From Neodothiora populina (lineage: Eukaryota), in contig NW_027191413.1 in assembly GCF_041146345.1 (NCBI RefSeq), positions 2,232,001 to 2,296,000 on the forward strand: 64,000 nt of DNA, given 5' to 3'. Position 1 is the first letter of the stretch; each line of letters starts with the position of its first letter. A program made the position numbers and the translations under genes. Shown here in pieces: positions 36,580 to 49,338 of the stretch. The notes beneath the pieces are model-generated. The model was not told the DNA's origin. It saw nothing but the letters and a program-made list of their open reading frames with translations, and did not search any database.

Positions 36580-38005
36580 CTAGATAGCAGAAGAACCAGA
36601 ACCAGTACCAGAATGAGTAGAAGACTCGACAGCCCTCACGATACCGTAACTCGTCCCGGCAGCCACGATGCCTGTGATCAGCGTGTGGAGCGCCGAGATC
36701 AGGGCGTCTTTTCTTCTTTTGTGCTGGTTTCTCATCTGCTCTTCGTTTGAGTTGTTGGGACTGTTGTTGGAGACGGGGGAGGGATGGTTTGAAGATTTTG
36801 GGTTGTCATTGCTGTTGGTATCTTTTGCTGAAACGGGTGCAGTGGAAATGTAGGATTTCGTGTACCCGAAGATGAGGAGGATTGTCTGGGTATTGTTTTT
36901 AGTTGTCATCAAAATCGAGAGGGACAGCAAGGGGCGGGGGGTCGAGAGACGACAAAGAAACATACGGCTGTCAGAGCAATCGACACGATGAGTGCGTGAA
37001 GAGTCGAGCTTGTGCAGAAGTATGGGAGCATAGGGAGGAGACCGCCTTATCAATTCGCGTTTGAATTAGCTTGCATAGACTCGATGGTGGAGAGGTGACA
37101 TATAGTAAAAAAGGAAGGGTTGGTGTGCATACCGATGAAGTACGAGATACCCATCACCAGGCCTTCTACCCATGCTCCTCGAAGAGCAGGTTCTTCAATC
37201 TTGAGGCTGACGCTTAGCATGAACTGTGGATATCATGTCAGTTCGCCATTATCGGTCATGGACGGCGGGATGTGTCGCAAGACAGAATAATGCGTACTTT
37301 GGCCCACGCATCCTTTTTTCCTTGCAAAACCGTGACAACACCCGACGCCTCACTTCGACCAACTCCATACTCTTCGAACATCCCATACAACTCATCGTCG
37401 TCATCACCAGATCCCCCAACAACGCCTTTCTCGCAACCTCCGCCGTCTCCTCTCCTCTTCTCCCACATTTCACAAACTTCCCCTTTACGAACATCATACA
37501 CTTTACCTTCGGTCACAGCAGCAAGGTAGCAGCCCAGCCCCATACTGATGGCGCCAGAGAAAAGCTCTGCCAGGCCGGCGATGACCACGACTCGACTGTT
37601 TTGCAGAGAGGAAAGGCCCGCGCACAAGGCAAAGGGGACGGTGAGACCGTCCGCGAAGCCGAGGATCAAGTCTCGGATCAGGACTTGCTTTGGGGGAAAG
37701 ATTCTGTTTTTGTTCTTGCCGTTGCTGGTCTCTGATGAGGTTGGAGTAGGGAAAGAAGAGGAAATAGTGAGCGAAGCGGAAGGGGTCAAGGTTGTTGAGG
37801 TTGAAGTTGCAGTAGTGGATTCTACTGGAGAGATTTCTTGAGAAGGGGAGCTGGCTTGGGATTCTTTTGCGTGCGGTGTGGTATGGGTCTCGGGAAGTCC
37901 ACGGATAAAGTCTGTGGACTTGCCATTGTGAGGAGTGATAGCAGGACCATATGCCCCCGAGGCTTCAACAGGAGATGCATCATGATTGAGGGAGTAATGC
38001 GCCAT
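36580..38005 (-). CDS. CCC1: CCC1/VIT1-family vacuolar iron/manganese transporter, 4 exons
   Basis: RDLILGFADGLTVPFAL..GLAELFSGAISMGLGCYLA. Downstream exons encode FMLSV..GISYFIG, GLLPMLPYF and LLIFGYTKS..GIVAAGTSYGIVR. ATG in GCCATGG context at 38005. Confidence 0.85.
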
Positions 38006-38227
38006 GGCTTGGTCTTTTGATGGTTTAGGTTTTGTTGAAAGAAGGAAAGAAAGATAGTGAAAGTGCAAGACCAGCTCTCCACCACCGGGGGCAGGCAGCA
38101 GATATAGCAGCAATCCTGATATCTTCCTACTGACGAATGAAACGCATAGCCAAAAATCACCACCTACATGAATGTGACCGCGATTGACAATGTACTACGC
38201 CCAGGCATGATATATGCAACACACAGG

Positions 38228-38250
38228 CCAATCAGAAACAAGGTGATGAC
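38228..38250 (+). promoter_or_regulatory. CBC:HapX bipartite element (CSAAT-N12-RWT) upstream of CCC1
   Basis: CCAAT at 38228..38232, then 12 nt, then GAT at 38245..38247 continuing as GATGAC. It lies ~220 bp upstream of the CCC1 ATG. Confidence 0.6.
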
Positions 38251-38284
38251 CAGAGCCCACCCAAACCCGCGAATTGCGGACCAG

Positions 38285-38326
38285 ATCAGATAAATATCGT
38301 ACTTTCTCGGGGGCAAGATCTGATTA
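38285..38326 (+). promoter_or_regulatory. SreA/Fep1-type extended GATA sites
   Basis: Exact ATCAGATAA at 38285..38293 and near-match ATCTGATTA at 38318..38326 (consensus ATCWGATAA). Confidence 0.5.
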
Positions 38327-39049
38327 AGGGCAGGCGCGTCTATGGTACAAGGCTGCCAGGGGCCGATCAAGCTTGATCGAAGCATGTAAGGAGTTAGATG
38401 GATGTCTTGCGGATACCCCCAGGAGCGAACCAGAAATATCCCATCTGACATATCTTTCGTACCCCCCGGCGACACGATGAAGATCATACGCTTATGACAC
38501 ACGATGCCTTCGCGAGACGTGCCACGAAGGATACCTACAGGTCTTTGCTGTGCACAGTGGTCGAATGGTACTTCTGGTGAGTCGAGACAGTAGTGCAAGG
38601 AGTACAGAGTCTTGTATGGCAAAGATGCTCGACTCCTGGAGCAGGAAAAGTTGCACGTAGGGCATCCGCGTGCGTACCTGTTTTGTGGGCGGGCAGTGCT
38701 GCTATGCTCCGTGTCTGCGGCTTGATGATTACCTCATTACACTGACAAGAGCAAATAACCTTATATCTGCTCTTGAGATAGTAACATCCTACACGGCATC
38801 ACAACTATCAAGTCTCGAGGGACCCAGGCGAAAGAGTATAGTGCAGTCACAGAAGAAGGTCGATGGAGACAGATAATCTTATCAAGATCTTCGACATCGT
38901 GCATCAGCGAGATCGGAAAGCCCCAGGACGTCATGCCATGCCCCACTCTAGAGACAGCTTCCCCGAGACAGCAACATGCCACTGTTTACTATACCACAAT
39001 ATCTAGCACATATAACCAGATAACGTTGATCATATCCAAATATATAGAA

Positions 39050-40012
39050 ATGGCGAAATTGCTCAAGAAACCCCTAAAGCTCGCGTTGGTGCAGCTTGCA
39101 TCTGGTAAGAACGTCTGCACAATGTTCATTCTTGACCCAATCATTAAGACCCACCTGCTCATAAGATATTCAGGTTCGGACAAGACAGCAAACTTGGCCA
39201 GAGCCCGAACAAAGGTGCTTGAGGCAACCAAGAACGGCGCCAATATCGTTGTCCTTCCCGAATGCTTCAATTCTCCATATGGAACCAAATACTTTCCCAA
39301 ATACGCAGAGACCTTGATCCCCTCACCACCCACTGAAGAACAGTCCCCCACTTATCATGCTCTGTCAGCATTGGCCAAGGAGTCCAAAGCATACCTCGTC
39401 GGTGGCAGTATTCCAGAATATTGGGAGGAGACCAAGAAACACTACAATACTTCGTTGACATTCGGCCCCGATGGAAAATTACTAGCGACGCATAGAAAGG
39501 TTCATCTATTCGATATCGACATTCCAGGCAAGATCAAGTTTCAGGAGAGTGAGGTTTTGTCGCCAGGAAACAAGGTCACCATCATAGATCTGCCCGAATA
39601 TGGCAAAATAGCTGTTGCTATCTGCTATGATGTGCGCTTCCCCGAGTTGGCAACCATCGCAGCACGCAACGGTGCCTTCCTGCTTTTGTACCCTGGTGCT
39701 TTCAATCTGACGACTGGCGCTTTGCACTGGGAGCTACAAGCGAGGGCAAGGGCAATGGACAACCAAGTCTACGTCGGACTGTGTTCTCCTGCTCGTGATA
39801 TGGAGGCTGATTATAACGCATGGGGACATAGTATGATTGTTGACCCTAATGCTCAAATCCTGTCTCAATTGGAGGAGAAGGAGGATATTGCCTATGCTGA
39901 TTTGAACGGCGAGAGAATCGAAGAGGTGCGCAAGGGTATCCCTATCAACATCCAGAGAAGGTTCGACGTCTACCCCGATATCAGTAAAGGAGATGTCAAG
40001 TACGAAGAATGA
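39050..40012 (+). CDS. NIT3: Omega-amidase (nitrilase superfamily, Nit3/NIT2)
   Basis: Catalytic triad motifs VLPECFNSPY, HRKVHLFDIDIPG and ICYDVRFPE, plus ARAMDNQ and WGHSM. One intron at 39105..39173. Confidence 0.93.
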   Translation: MAKLLKKPLKLALVQLASGKNVCTMFILDPIIKTHLLIRYSGSDKTANLARARTKVLEATKNGANIVVLPECFNSPYGTKYFPKYAETLIPSPPTEEQSPTYHALSALAKESKAYLVGGSIPEYWEETKKHYNTSLTFGPDGKLLATHRKVHLFDIDIPGKIKFQESEVLSPGNKVTIIDLPEYGKIAVAICYDVRFPELATIAARNGAFLLLYPGAFNLTTGALHWELQARARAMDNQVYVGLCSPARDMEADYNAWGHSMIVDPNAQILSQLEEKEDIAYADLNGERIEEVRKGIPINIQRRFDVYPDISKGDVKYEE

Positions 40013-40557
40013 GTCAATGATACAACGCAAGGGAATAACGACAAGAAAACTTTATATGAGCTTATTTCATCAGTCTCAATAGAGGTTCGGGAAGGCGAGT
40101 CCTCATAGGCAGTGGCTCAATGTCACGGGAGTAGCACCTTCCATAAGTGAACATAGACTACTTCGAATGGATTGCCAACAATATCAGCAACCATGATATC
40201 CATCGTCCTCTGCAAATTGTGTTGGTCGCTTTGTCAGGTTGATACCTTTCCTGTCCTTCGTATATACTACCTCATTCTAACTCTATAACGAGCAGAGTCA
40301 CTTGTTATTCATGCGCCACTGCTCAACCTTGCAACACTTACCTAATAGTCGTCAGTCATTCTCTCGCGTACAATTCGTCCGAAACCCCTAGCGACACGCA
40401 TATCTCTCTTCTGTGTAATTTTACAACAAGTACGAGCCTATCGGTCAGGCTGGATTCTCCAAAGCCGATCACTAGGAGCGACTCTGTCCTTGTCTTCGAT
40501 GACGATGCAAGCTCAGACACTATGATCAAGGCCGCCAGCACACAACATAACTCGATT

Positions 40558-43500
40558 ATGACATCCGAGACGCAAGCATCGGCTATGTCTCATCCAAGTG
40601 ACACAGACTCCAGTCATATGCTTCTAGATGTCCGCTCGGTGGCCTCAGCAAGTACTGCGGTGAGGACATGTGCGGGTGCTATCCCGAGTATGGGCCGTAG
40701 ACGTTGCAGGTTACCATGGCTGGATGGCAATGTCAATTCCAGCGAAATGCCTGGCGCGTTCGATGCTGGAGCAAACCCTTCTTTCTTCGCCACATCTCCA
40801 CCAGAAGTAGGCCAGTCAGACCCACACGGTCTCATAGATGATGCTCTTGAACACAAAGAGGGCGATTTGAGCTTGCCGAGTTCTCAACAGTCAGAAGTCG
40901 TTCAACCAAGACCGACACAACGCCCCAAATCAAGACCACTTCTGGCTGGTCTCGAGAGTGCCACGGTAGACCAGCCTCGTATTCCTGGACACTGGCCAAC
41001 AACCAATGCTGTTATCCTAGATCCACCTTTGATCAATGACGAAAGTCTTCCTGGTCAAGTTGGTACGCCGTACGACCTGGCGAAAGGAGACACAGAGTCT
41101 TCCAGGCGACTTAGCACCAAGCAGGGACGTGATCAAGTAATGCCAACAAAAGCACTTGGAAAACCCTCTATATGGCCAATGGTACCATTGTCCGAAACCG
41201 ACGTTCCCATGCGCATGTCCAGCCTGGCTTTCAGTGAACCTGCAAAACGTCATTCGAGTCTTCGAAGCTCCCAATCAGCTCGTGAACTCTCAAGCGGGAG
41301 TTCCCCTTCGAGCATTGGGCGTTACACTGACGGCACCATTTCTCGGAAGCCAACGGTCAGAGCTTCATCGGTACAGGCTCGACTGGACAGATCTGCTATC
41401 GCAGGACAGATCCGCTCTGCAGACGTGTCTCCCAAATCATCAGTGCCACCGACGATGGTCCCACCAAATGCAAGAGCTCCTACCGTACGATCAGACTCAA
41501 TGCAGCGGGCAGTTAATGGATTGCACGATCTGATGCATGAAGCACTGTTTGTCGCAACCGAAGCTGCTCAAGCAAACCAAACACACGAAGTCGCACAGAT
41601 ATTGAACGAGGCTACGCTTGCCTTGCGAAAAGCCAACACAGTACAAGATAACATGAACATGCCTTTGAAAAGCTACGGCATGGAGGCCAGCGCTTCGTCT
41701 TCTGATGACTACACGTCGGGATCTGATTCCGAAGCGTACATCGAGTCTGATACTTCCTCCATCGGGTCCTTGCGCCAAGTCTCTAGACGTGATATGCCGT
41801 CGGAGTATGCGAATAGCAGAGGTGCTATCACGGGTGGACCGGGCTTTGTGCCATCCACAACGGCCACTACATTTGTGAGTAGCACTGGTACGAACAATAC
41901 CGATCAACTTGGCACAGGCAGACTTCATTCAGGTGTGGTCCGTAGTCCGACTGTCATCCCGGCCTTCCTCAATAACGGAAAACGTCCCACTTCGCGGCGT
42001 GGACTTTCGGAGTCCCAAAAGATGGCAGTTTCGTCCTCGGATGACAAGTCCATCGTCGATACTCCATTGACAATGTATCGTCAGCCTTCCAGGAAGTCTG
42101 CCGTTACTGATTGGGCGTATGTGAAGCGTGTCCCTGGGCGTCGAGGACTACGAGAGGACTCAAAAAATGCAGAATCTGCAAACCACTCATCCGTGGATGT
42201 AGCGTCAGTGGCAGTACCTGCTCCAATACGAGTACCAACAGAAGATCACACTCGATTTCTGACTAGGGACAACACAATCGTAGGTTCAGTACCTACTGTG
42301 GAGCCTATGTCTCTGCCAGAAATACCTCGCAGGAGGACAACACGCCAACCAATTTCAAATGGTCTAACGCATGATCTAAGTACAGTACCTGCTGCGTCGC
42401 AGGATCACGGAAGTATCCAACGTATCTCCTACCGAGAAAACAACCGCAGACATGTTCCACATATCAGAGCTAGTGGGATCTTTGATAGTCCTCACTCCAA
42501 ATTGCCCGACAAAGGAAGAGATATTCTCGAGGATTCGGGAGGTGTGGGAAACAGGTACGGACAATTCGCGCAAGACCTGTCTCTCAACATGAGTCTAAGA
42601 CACCCGCGTAGAAATCATATCAGCCTCTCAGACGACCAGATGTTTCGCCTGCACAGGTATCGACGCCAACCAATTGCTCGTGAATGGAGCACCACCCGGA
42701 AAAGAGTTACGGCTGGGATTGCTTGTCTCAATACAGCTCTAGTCGGTCTTACTGCAGGCATCTATGTAAGGACATTCCCTCCCACCTTTGATGCTCGACT
42801 GACCAATTCAAGGCCGGCGAGGTGCCCAAGATACAGTATCAGCTGGCAGATATGCAGCACAGGGTGATATTGGGAAATGTGCTGTGAGTGTTCGGTATTC
42901 CAGCGATGTATACGCATTCACTTATACTTTCAAGCTTCTACATCTGCCTAGGTTTATCGACGATGTTTGCATGGCCCTTGCCTCTTCTGCATGGGCGAAA
43001 GCCTTACACTCTTGCTGCATTAGCAATAGCCCTGCCGCTCAACTTCCCCCAAGCTATAATGGTAGGCTCGCATAGATCACCACGCACACAGTACTATGTT
43101 GGCTTGTTACTGCCTCGAGCTTTCATGGGCCTGGCACTTGGGTTTGCCAATGTTAACTTTATAACGACTCTTCTGGACTTGTTCGGCGCATCGCTACAGT
43201 CAACAAATCCGCATCAGGAGATAGTAGTTATGGATGACGTTCGTCGTCAGGGAGGTGGCATGGGTCTTTGGCTTGGACTCTGGGCATGGTGCTTTGTCGG
43301 ATCGCTTTCTGCTGGGTTTCTGATTGGCGCCGCTGTCACTGCCAGCCTGAATCCTGCTTGGGGGTTTTATGTCGTAGTCATCATCATCGCGGTCTTTATG
43401 TTGATGAACGTCATCGCGCCAGAGCCCAGGCGTGCTGCCTACAGGAGATCTGTCTTGAAATATCTTGACGAAGATGACAGAGTCAGACGAAGAGTGGCAA

Positions 43501-44568
43501 GAGGAGAGGTCAAGTTGCATATATCTATGGACGGTCCGAAATACTGGTGGGAAGAAGCATTCGCCGGTATTGAGCTCATGGGAAGAATGATGCTTCAGCC
43601 CGGGTCCTTCGTACTTTCGCTATATCTTGCGTGGATCTACGCCTTGGTTGTTCTTGTCACATTGGTAAGGACGTTCCTCGACACGATTTGAGCTTATGCT
43701 GAGATAGATTTAGTTGCTTGGTGCATTACTTTCGCGAGATTACAGGTGGCATCCGGGCCACATCGGCCTCGCTGTATTTGCTGTGGCGATCGGAGCAGCA
43801 ATGGCCGTGCCACTGACCAAGGCCAACATATTATCCCGCGATCGAGCGCATCCAGCCCGGACAGACAGCATGACATTCCAACCAAGAGTTACCTGGACAT
43901 CACATCTGGTTCGTCGCTGTATATTTACCTTTACCCTTCCCATTGCTGGCGTGGGGTTTTGTTTGGCTTCTCCTGGCCCGTCTATGAGCTGGGTTGCACC
44001 AACCATTCTGAGTGGTCTCGTTGGATTCCTTAGCTGCCTCGCGGTCGCCGAGTGTATTGGCTTGATGATGGAAACCTTCGATACAAGTGATCTGCAGCCT
44101 GGTGTCAATACAAAGCACCGACTGCAGAGTATGGAGAGCGCAACAAGACGACGTCGCACGAACTACTCTTCTTTCCCTCGGGTTACAGCGGCGATCTTCA
44201 CCGCGCAAGCGGTTGGCTTCTTTCTTGCGGCTGTTATGACCGCAATCAGTGGCACTGTTACTCGAGACATCGGCGCGCAAGCTGCAATTGGTGTTGTCGC
44301 TGGCGTACTCCTTGTGTTCACGATACTTTTATCCGTTGTGCTGTGGCGCTTCCGATCAATACAGGTCATTCCGAACCATGCTCTGGGCACAGCGCGAAGT
44401 TCGCACGACTGGCAAGTCAAAGAGGCAGAGCATGATCCATACTTCAAACCTGTCATCATCGGCAATCCTTCAGGCAAGGTGCGCAGGATGAACCTACTGG
44501 AAACTGGCGCCTGGAGTAGGTGGACTGAGATCAGGAAGCTGAACAAACTTATCAAGCACAAGAAGTAG
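40558..44568 (+). CDS. MFS (DHA1/polyamine-transporter-like) protein with a ~730-aa low-complexity N-terminal region, 4 exons
   Basis: RQPIAREWSTTRKR..ACLNTALVG, then IY|AGEVPKIQYQL, WPLPLLHGRKPY, GGGMGLWLG and RTNYSSFPRV, with multiple hydrophobic segments. Start is at 40522 or 40558. Confidence 0.82.
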
Positions 44569-46074
44569 ACGATTTCGTAAAGCATCGCAGACATCGTCTG
44601 GGACAGCTTGGACACACTCTAGGAAGTCTTCCTACGATGTGAAGTCGGTTGATCATCGATAAATTTCTTATACTGAGAACCTGTGACTTAAACTCTTATG
44701 ATATTTCTAATCTTCAACATTCTGCATCCGAGTGTGCGAGTGCGATTGCTTCATACAGTCATCATGCCATTTCGCCTTTCAGTGGCTAATGGATGTTCGA
44801 GTTTCATTACCAATTCTTCGAAGTATTGGAGCTGGACAAGAATGGATGGGTGAGAAGTCACACTGTGTCGGCTACTGAATCCGTAGTCGCGCCGAAGCTT
44901 GCCAAGAAACGCTGTGAACCTCAGCTGCACTTCAGCTCCAGATATCTTGAGCTTGCATACTTGCGCGGGTATACACATCACTGACTGACAGTAGTGTTGT
45001 TCTGCTCCCATTGACCTTCTGCATATGCCGCTCGCAAATACTCGACGTGATGTCAAATGTATAATGCGAACTGGTGCCCTGGTTCGGTCACCCGCCCTGG
45101 AAGGTACCTCACGGGACTGATCCAGAATCAAGTCCTATGCTCTAACGTGCTACTGTCCTCACTCATCAGCCCTTGTAGTTGAGAGAAGTTGCCATCAGCA
45201 ATGGATACAACACTTAGATTGAATACGGATGCGCTGGCCACCTGATCCTGTGCAGATGCACATGGTAAGGTGATCATCAGGCTAGAGCTTGCCAAGTGAG
45301 TCGGACTCGATGAATCGTGCCTACCTCGCGATCCCAACAGTGGCTGGTTCAGGGAGATTGCATCGCACCTTCCGTGCTGCGAGTAAGGTGCCATTTAGTA
45401 TTGGGCTGTATGCCAGAACTTGTCGATACCTTAGGTAAGGTACGGTAGGCTCCATCTCGCAAGGGGTAGCAATGGTAAGTGTAGCTGGGCTCAGGCTACC
45501 CGTCGCAGCTTGGGTTCCAATCTTCCAACGGTGCATGAGCAATGCCTCTAAACCTGTCGTCTCTTTCAAGGCCGTCACGCGGACTCTCTTCACACATCCT
45601 GTTGTATCGAAAGAACGTCTTCTTGAATATGCTTCGAGTCATCTGAGAGGCGATACAAACCTAGCAATTTCGACAGAGAATCTGAGACGTTTGGTGTACT
45701 AAAGACGACCCATCTGGACACATGCGATCCTAAAAGATGCACTCATATTGCTGATATTCTGACTATCCGGAACCACGCTGGATCCACGATCCGACCTGCT
45801 GGTTGCTCTCTCTGGAACGACTGATTTGAGGTGACCCGTCGAGTCCTTGGTGTTTTGTATGAGTGGCGACAGCGACGACTCGGAACCGGGATCACAAGGA
45901 AAGAACTCGATAAGTCCTGGACCGTGGATACTATAGCGGACTTGTTCCGATATTCGCATTCCCGGCGCACGAATGGATGATCATGAGCAAAATATTCACA
46001 GAAAGAATGAGAGAAAGGGGAAATCAGAACATACGCCTGTCGCTTTGTCCCGTTGACACGAAAGTATCGCGTCC

Positions 46075-49000
46075 ATGCCGTGGCCCTGGCGTTTGTTCGC
46101 TGGTCCTGGCCTCTCAACACCGGAACATACTGATACCGCAGATCACGATGGTGGTATACCACTCTCATGGTGTGAGACCGGGACCGCAAACCCTCCACCA
46201 GAGATAGCTCTACCTAGTCTGCCTACTCCTAGGCGAGACTCACAACCAGACACGCGTCGAGTACGTCCCTCCTTTGCATACAACTACACGAGTCTGCCAC
46301 CAATCCTACCAGGAACGAGGAGGGGTCTCTTGTCTTCGCCAGTCGGACCACCTGCGCAAGGCGCTCGGACCACCTTTACCCGCAGCATCTCCCCTCTTTC
46401 ACTTCCACGCGGATTGATCGTTCGCAAGACTCTGACCAGCACACCCTCATTGCGACCGTCTATATCATCATCAGAACCAGAGCAACCTCTACTGCAGAGG
46501 TCTTCAGGCCTTCCATTGGCCATATCCGACGCGTCCATGGCTGACAATGCGCATGTCGCATCAAGCGATCTTCTCGCGACAAAGCAGTCACAACGTGTTT
46601 CTGAAGAAGCCACTGAGCTCCTGAATGATGCCATCACAGCTCCGGAAACTCACCACAGAACCCAGATGACCAGTGTAGATCAATCATATGAAGTCCTAAG
46701 GTCAACCAGACGTCACATCTCACCATCGAGCCCCATTGAGATTGACTCTGCTAGCCCATCTGCAGATCTATCGGGTCTTGACACCCTAGTCAGTCTTGAA
46801 GATTGGCCTGCACCACCACGTGCTCCTGTCGGAAAGGTTACTACCCAAGTTCACAGTCGCATACTGATGTAAAGGCTTTGCTGACATTTTATAGACGGCC
46901 ATCCTGTCGGAAGACAATCTAAGAACGCGCTCCAAGGAGCGCAAAGTCGCTAATGACACAGATAAGGCGACGAGGACAGAGTCCGATAGCTCCCTAGCCA
47001 CTAGTGATTATATCGTCCCTCGTACTACTTCTTTATTTGCTCATGCAATGCGAACAGGTCCACGCGCGTCACAGAGGCGTCTCTATAATGATCCAACTGA
47101 AGCACTTCGTCATATCACCAATCGTCGGGCAATATCAGCTTCTCATGTGGTGCCCTCAAGCAGTACCATGCCCACCAGTAAGTTTTGCCATCTGGTACTG
47201 TGTAGAAGAGATCTGACCGATGAACATCAACAGGATTATCGCCAGCTCTCAGGAGACAAGCTAGCAACCCTTTTGAACTTGCTGCAGACCTAGACTTGGA
47301 TGCCAGGCGTTTCACCCCTTCACCCACTAGATCGAAGGAGCTATCTACACGTACAGTCACTCCTGCGAATGACTCGATAGACTCAATTCTTGATGGGTAT
47401 GAAGACGACAACTATGCTCACCCGCTCTTCGACGATGAGGCGAAGGAGGAGTTCGGTGCGAGCACCAATTCTGCACCGCGATATCGTCATCCTGTTCGTG
47501 ATCTATCGACCATCCTAGAGGTGACCACACCATCTACGGTCACGCTCAAGGATGGCCCCAGCACCGCGCTCGCGAATGCGAGAGAAGTGTCTCCTACCGT
47601 TGCAGCAACTGCAACAGGCGCCAAGTCACTATCTCACTACCACCAAATGTCTGCTTCGTCCGAACAGACTACACTCTCCAATGAGACGGAGTCAGTGCCT
47701 TTGTTCCAGCCCACTCCTGACAACGAGCGTGGCGACAGTTCCAGCTGGACCGAAAACAGTCCCAGCCCTTCTGATCGACTTGATACAAGCTGGTCGCATA
47801 CGCCATCGACGAGGATTCTCTTCTCACGAAACAATTCTGGAGGACGTTTCACAGAGAACTTCAATCATGTCGCCTCGCAAGATGACCTTCTTCGCGCCAG
47901 CGCTGATGTAGCATCGAGCAACAAACATCAAGCTTGGAGCAATGCTCCTCGTCCTGCCGTTGAAATCCCGCAAGAGTGGAGTGGTGGTTCCGTCCGGGTC
48001 CGTAAGCTGGGAGATGAACCACTTGATGGCTCACGTGGCAAGAAAAGCCAAAAATCTGGCCTGATTCAACCATCTACCTCCTGGGAGAGTTTTGACCTTG
48101 AGACTCAAGCATCTGCTGATCCATTCCGATTCAACGAATACTCACTAGAGGATATATGCCGCGAACTAGATGTGGAAGAAGATGAAAGAAGGGCGAGTTA
48201 CAAGGCTTGGACAGAAGCTGATGAGCAGCAAAGCCTACAGGAAATCTACAGACCCGCTTATGCTTTACAGACGCCTGTCGGCAGGCTTGGTACCGGCTCA
48301 CAGAGGACCCCGGACAGCCTTAACAGACAGGAACGCGCATGGAAGGCTTTGCAAAGCCCCTACCAGCCCAAAGGTCTCGGTATCACCTATCCAGACCGCG
48401 TGCACCCACTTCTTAGAGAGCCAAGACTGCTCTCAGGGTCCCCTCTTCGTTCATCCAGTGTTTACGCCGAACCGGGCTCGCGCGCTTTGTCATTCAGTGA
48501 AATGCAGCCTTTTCACCCAAGCCCTGTCCCGTACAAAGTGAAGTCGGATACATCTGCAGACCAGGAAATACACAGCACTTCTAGCTCGGAGTCCAAAGAT
48601 CAAAAGAAGTCGTCTCAATCAGCCGCCTCAAGTTCTCTGTCGTACCTAGACCCGCCAACGGACGTCACACGCCATTCAGGAGTCATGAAGGGACGTTATC
48701 CAAGCCCAGAATTTGAAGTGATGACTCCAAGTGGGCACGGAAGTCAGCCTAGCAAGGCATCCAGCAAGCAGTCTAGCAAGCAGCCTGTGGTATCCACCGA
48801 TGGCATCGAATTGCAGCCGATTCAAGCGCCTGAGAAAGCAGCTACTTCTCACTCTCGTGGAAGTACCGCGACCAACCGTTCTATAGGCTTCTTCGATGAA
48901 TACGACCAGCACATGCTCGAGCAGAGCAAACGCTGGAACGACGGACCTTCATCTTCCATGCGCAACTTCTATGTAAAAGGTGGAAGCATCATGCAGATAA

Positions 49001-49338
49001 ACCCAGATGGCAGCCATGAACGGCTTGTTCACAACCGCTACCCGTCCCTTGCCCGTCCGGTTCGTCATTATGAGGTCCGTAGCGAAAAGCACAAGCGTGG
49101 AGAACGCTTCGTTTGGGTCGCTCTTGCCTGCATTGCTTGGTTTCCATTCCTCCTGCCTCTGTTTGTTGCAGGAATCTTCGACGAAGGCCTTATCGGCATG
49201 GCCAAGAATGAATGGGCCAAGCCAAATCCACAGCAAAAGCGTGTAGCCAAGTACCTGATGTCGGTATGGGCGGTCCTCATTGTGGCCGGAATCGTCGCCA
49301 TCATCTGTATGTTTGTGCGCGAGACGCCCGCTGGCTGA
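46075..49338 (+). CDS. Hypothetical Ser/Pro-rich protein (~1050 aa) with two C-terminal hydrophobic segments, 3 exons
   Basis: ORFs 46075..46872, 46894..47177 and 47234..49338 join in frame via GT-AG introns at ~46837..46893 and ~47178..47233. C-terminal FVWVALACIAWFPFLLPLFVAG and LMSVWAVLIVAGIVAIICMFV. Confidence 0.7.
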
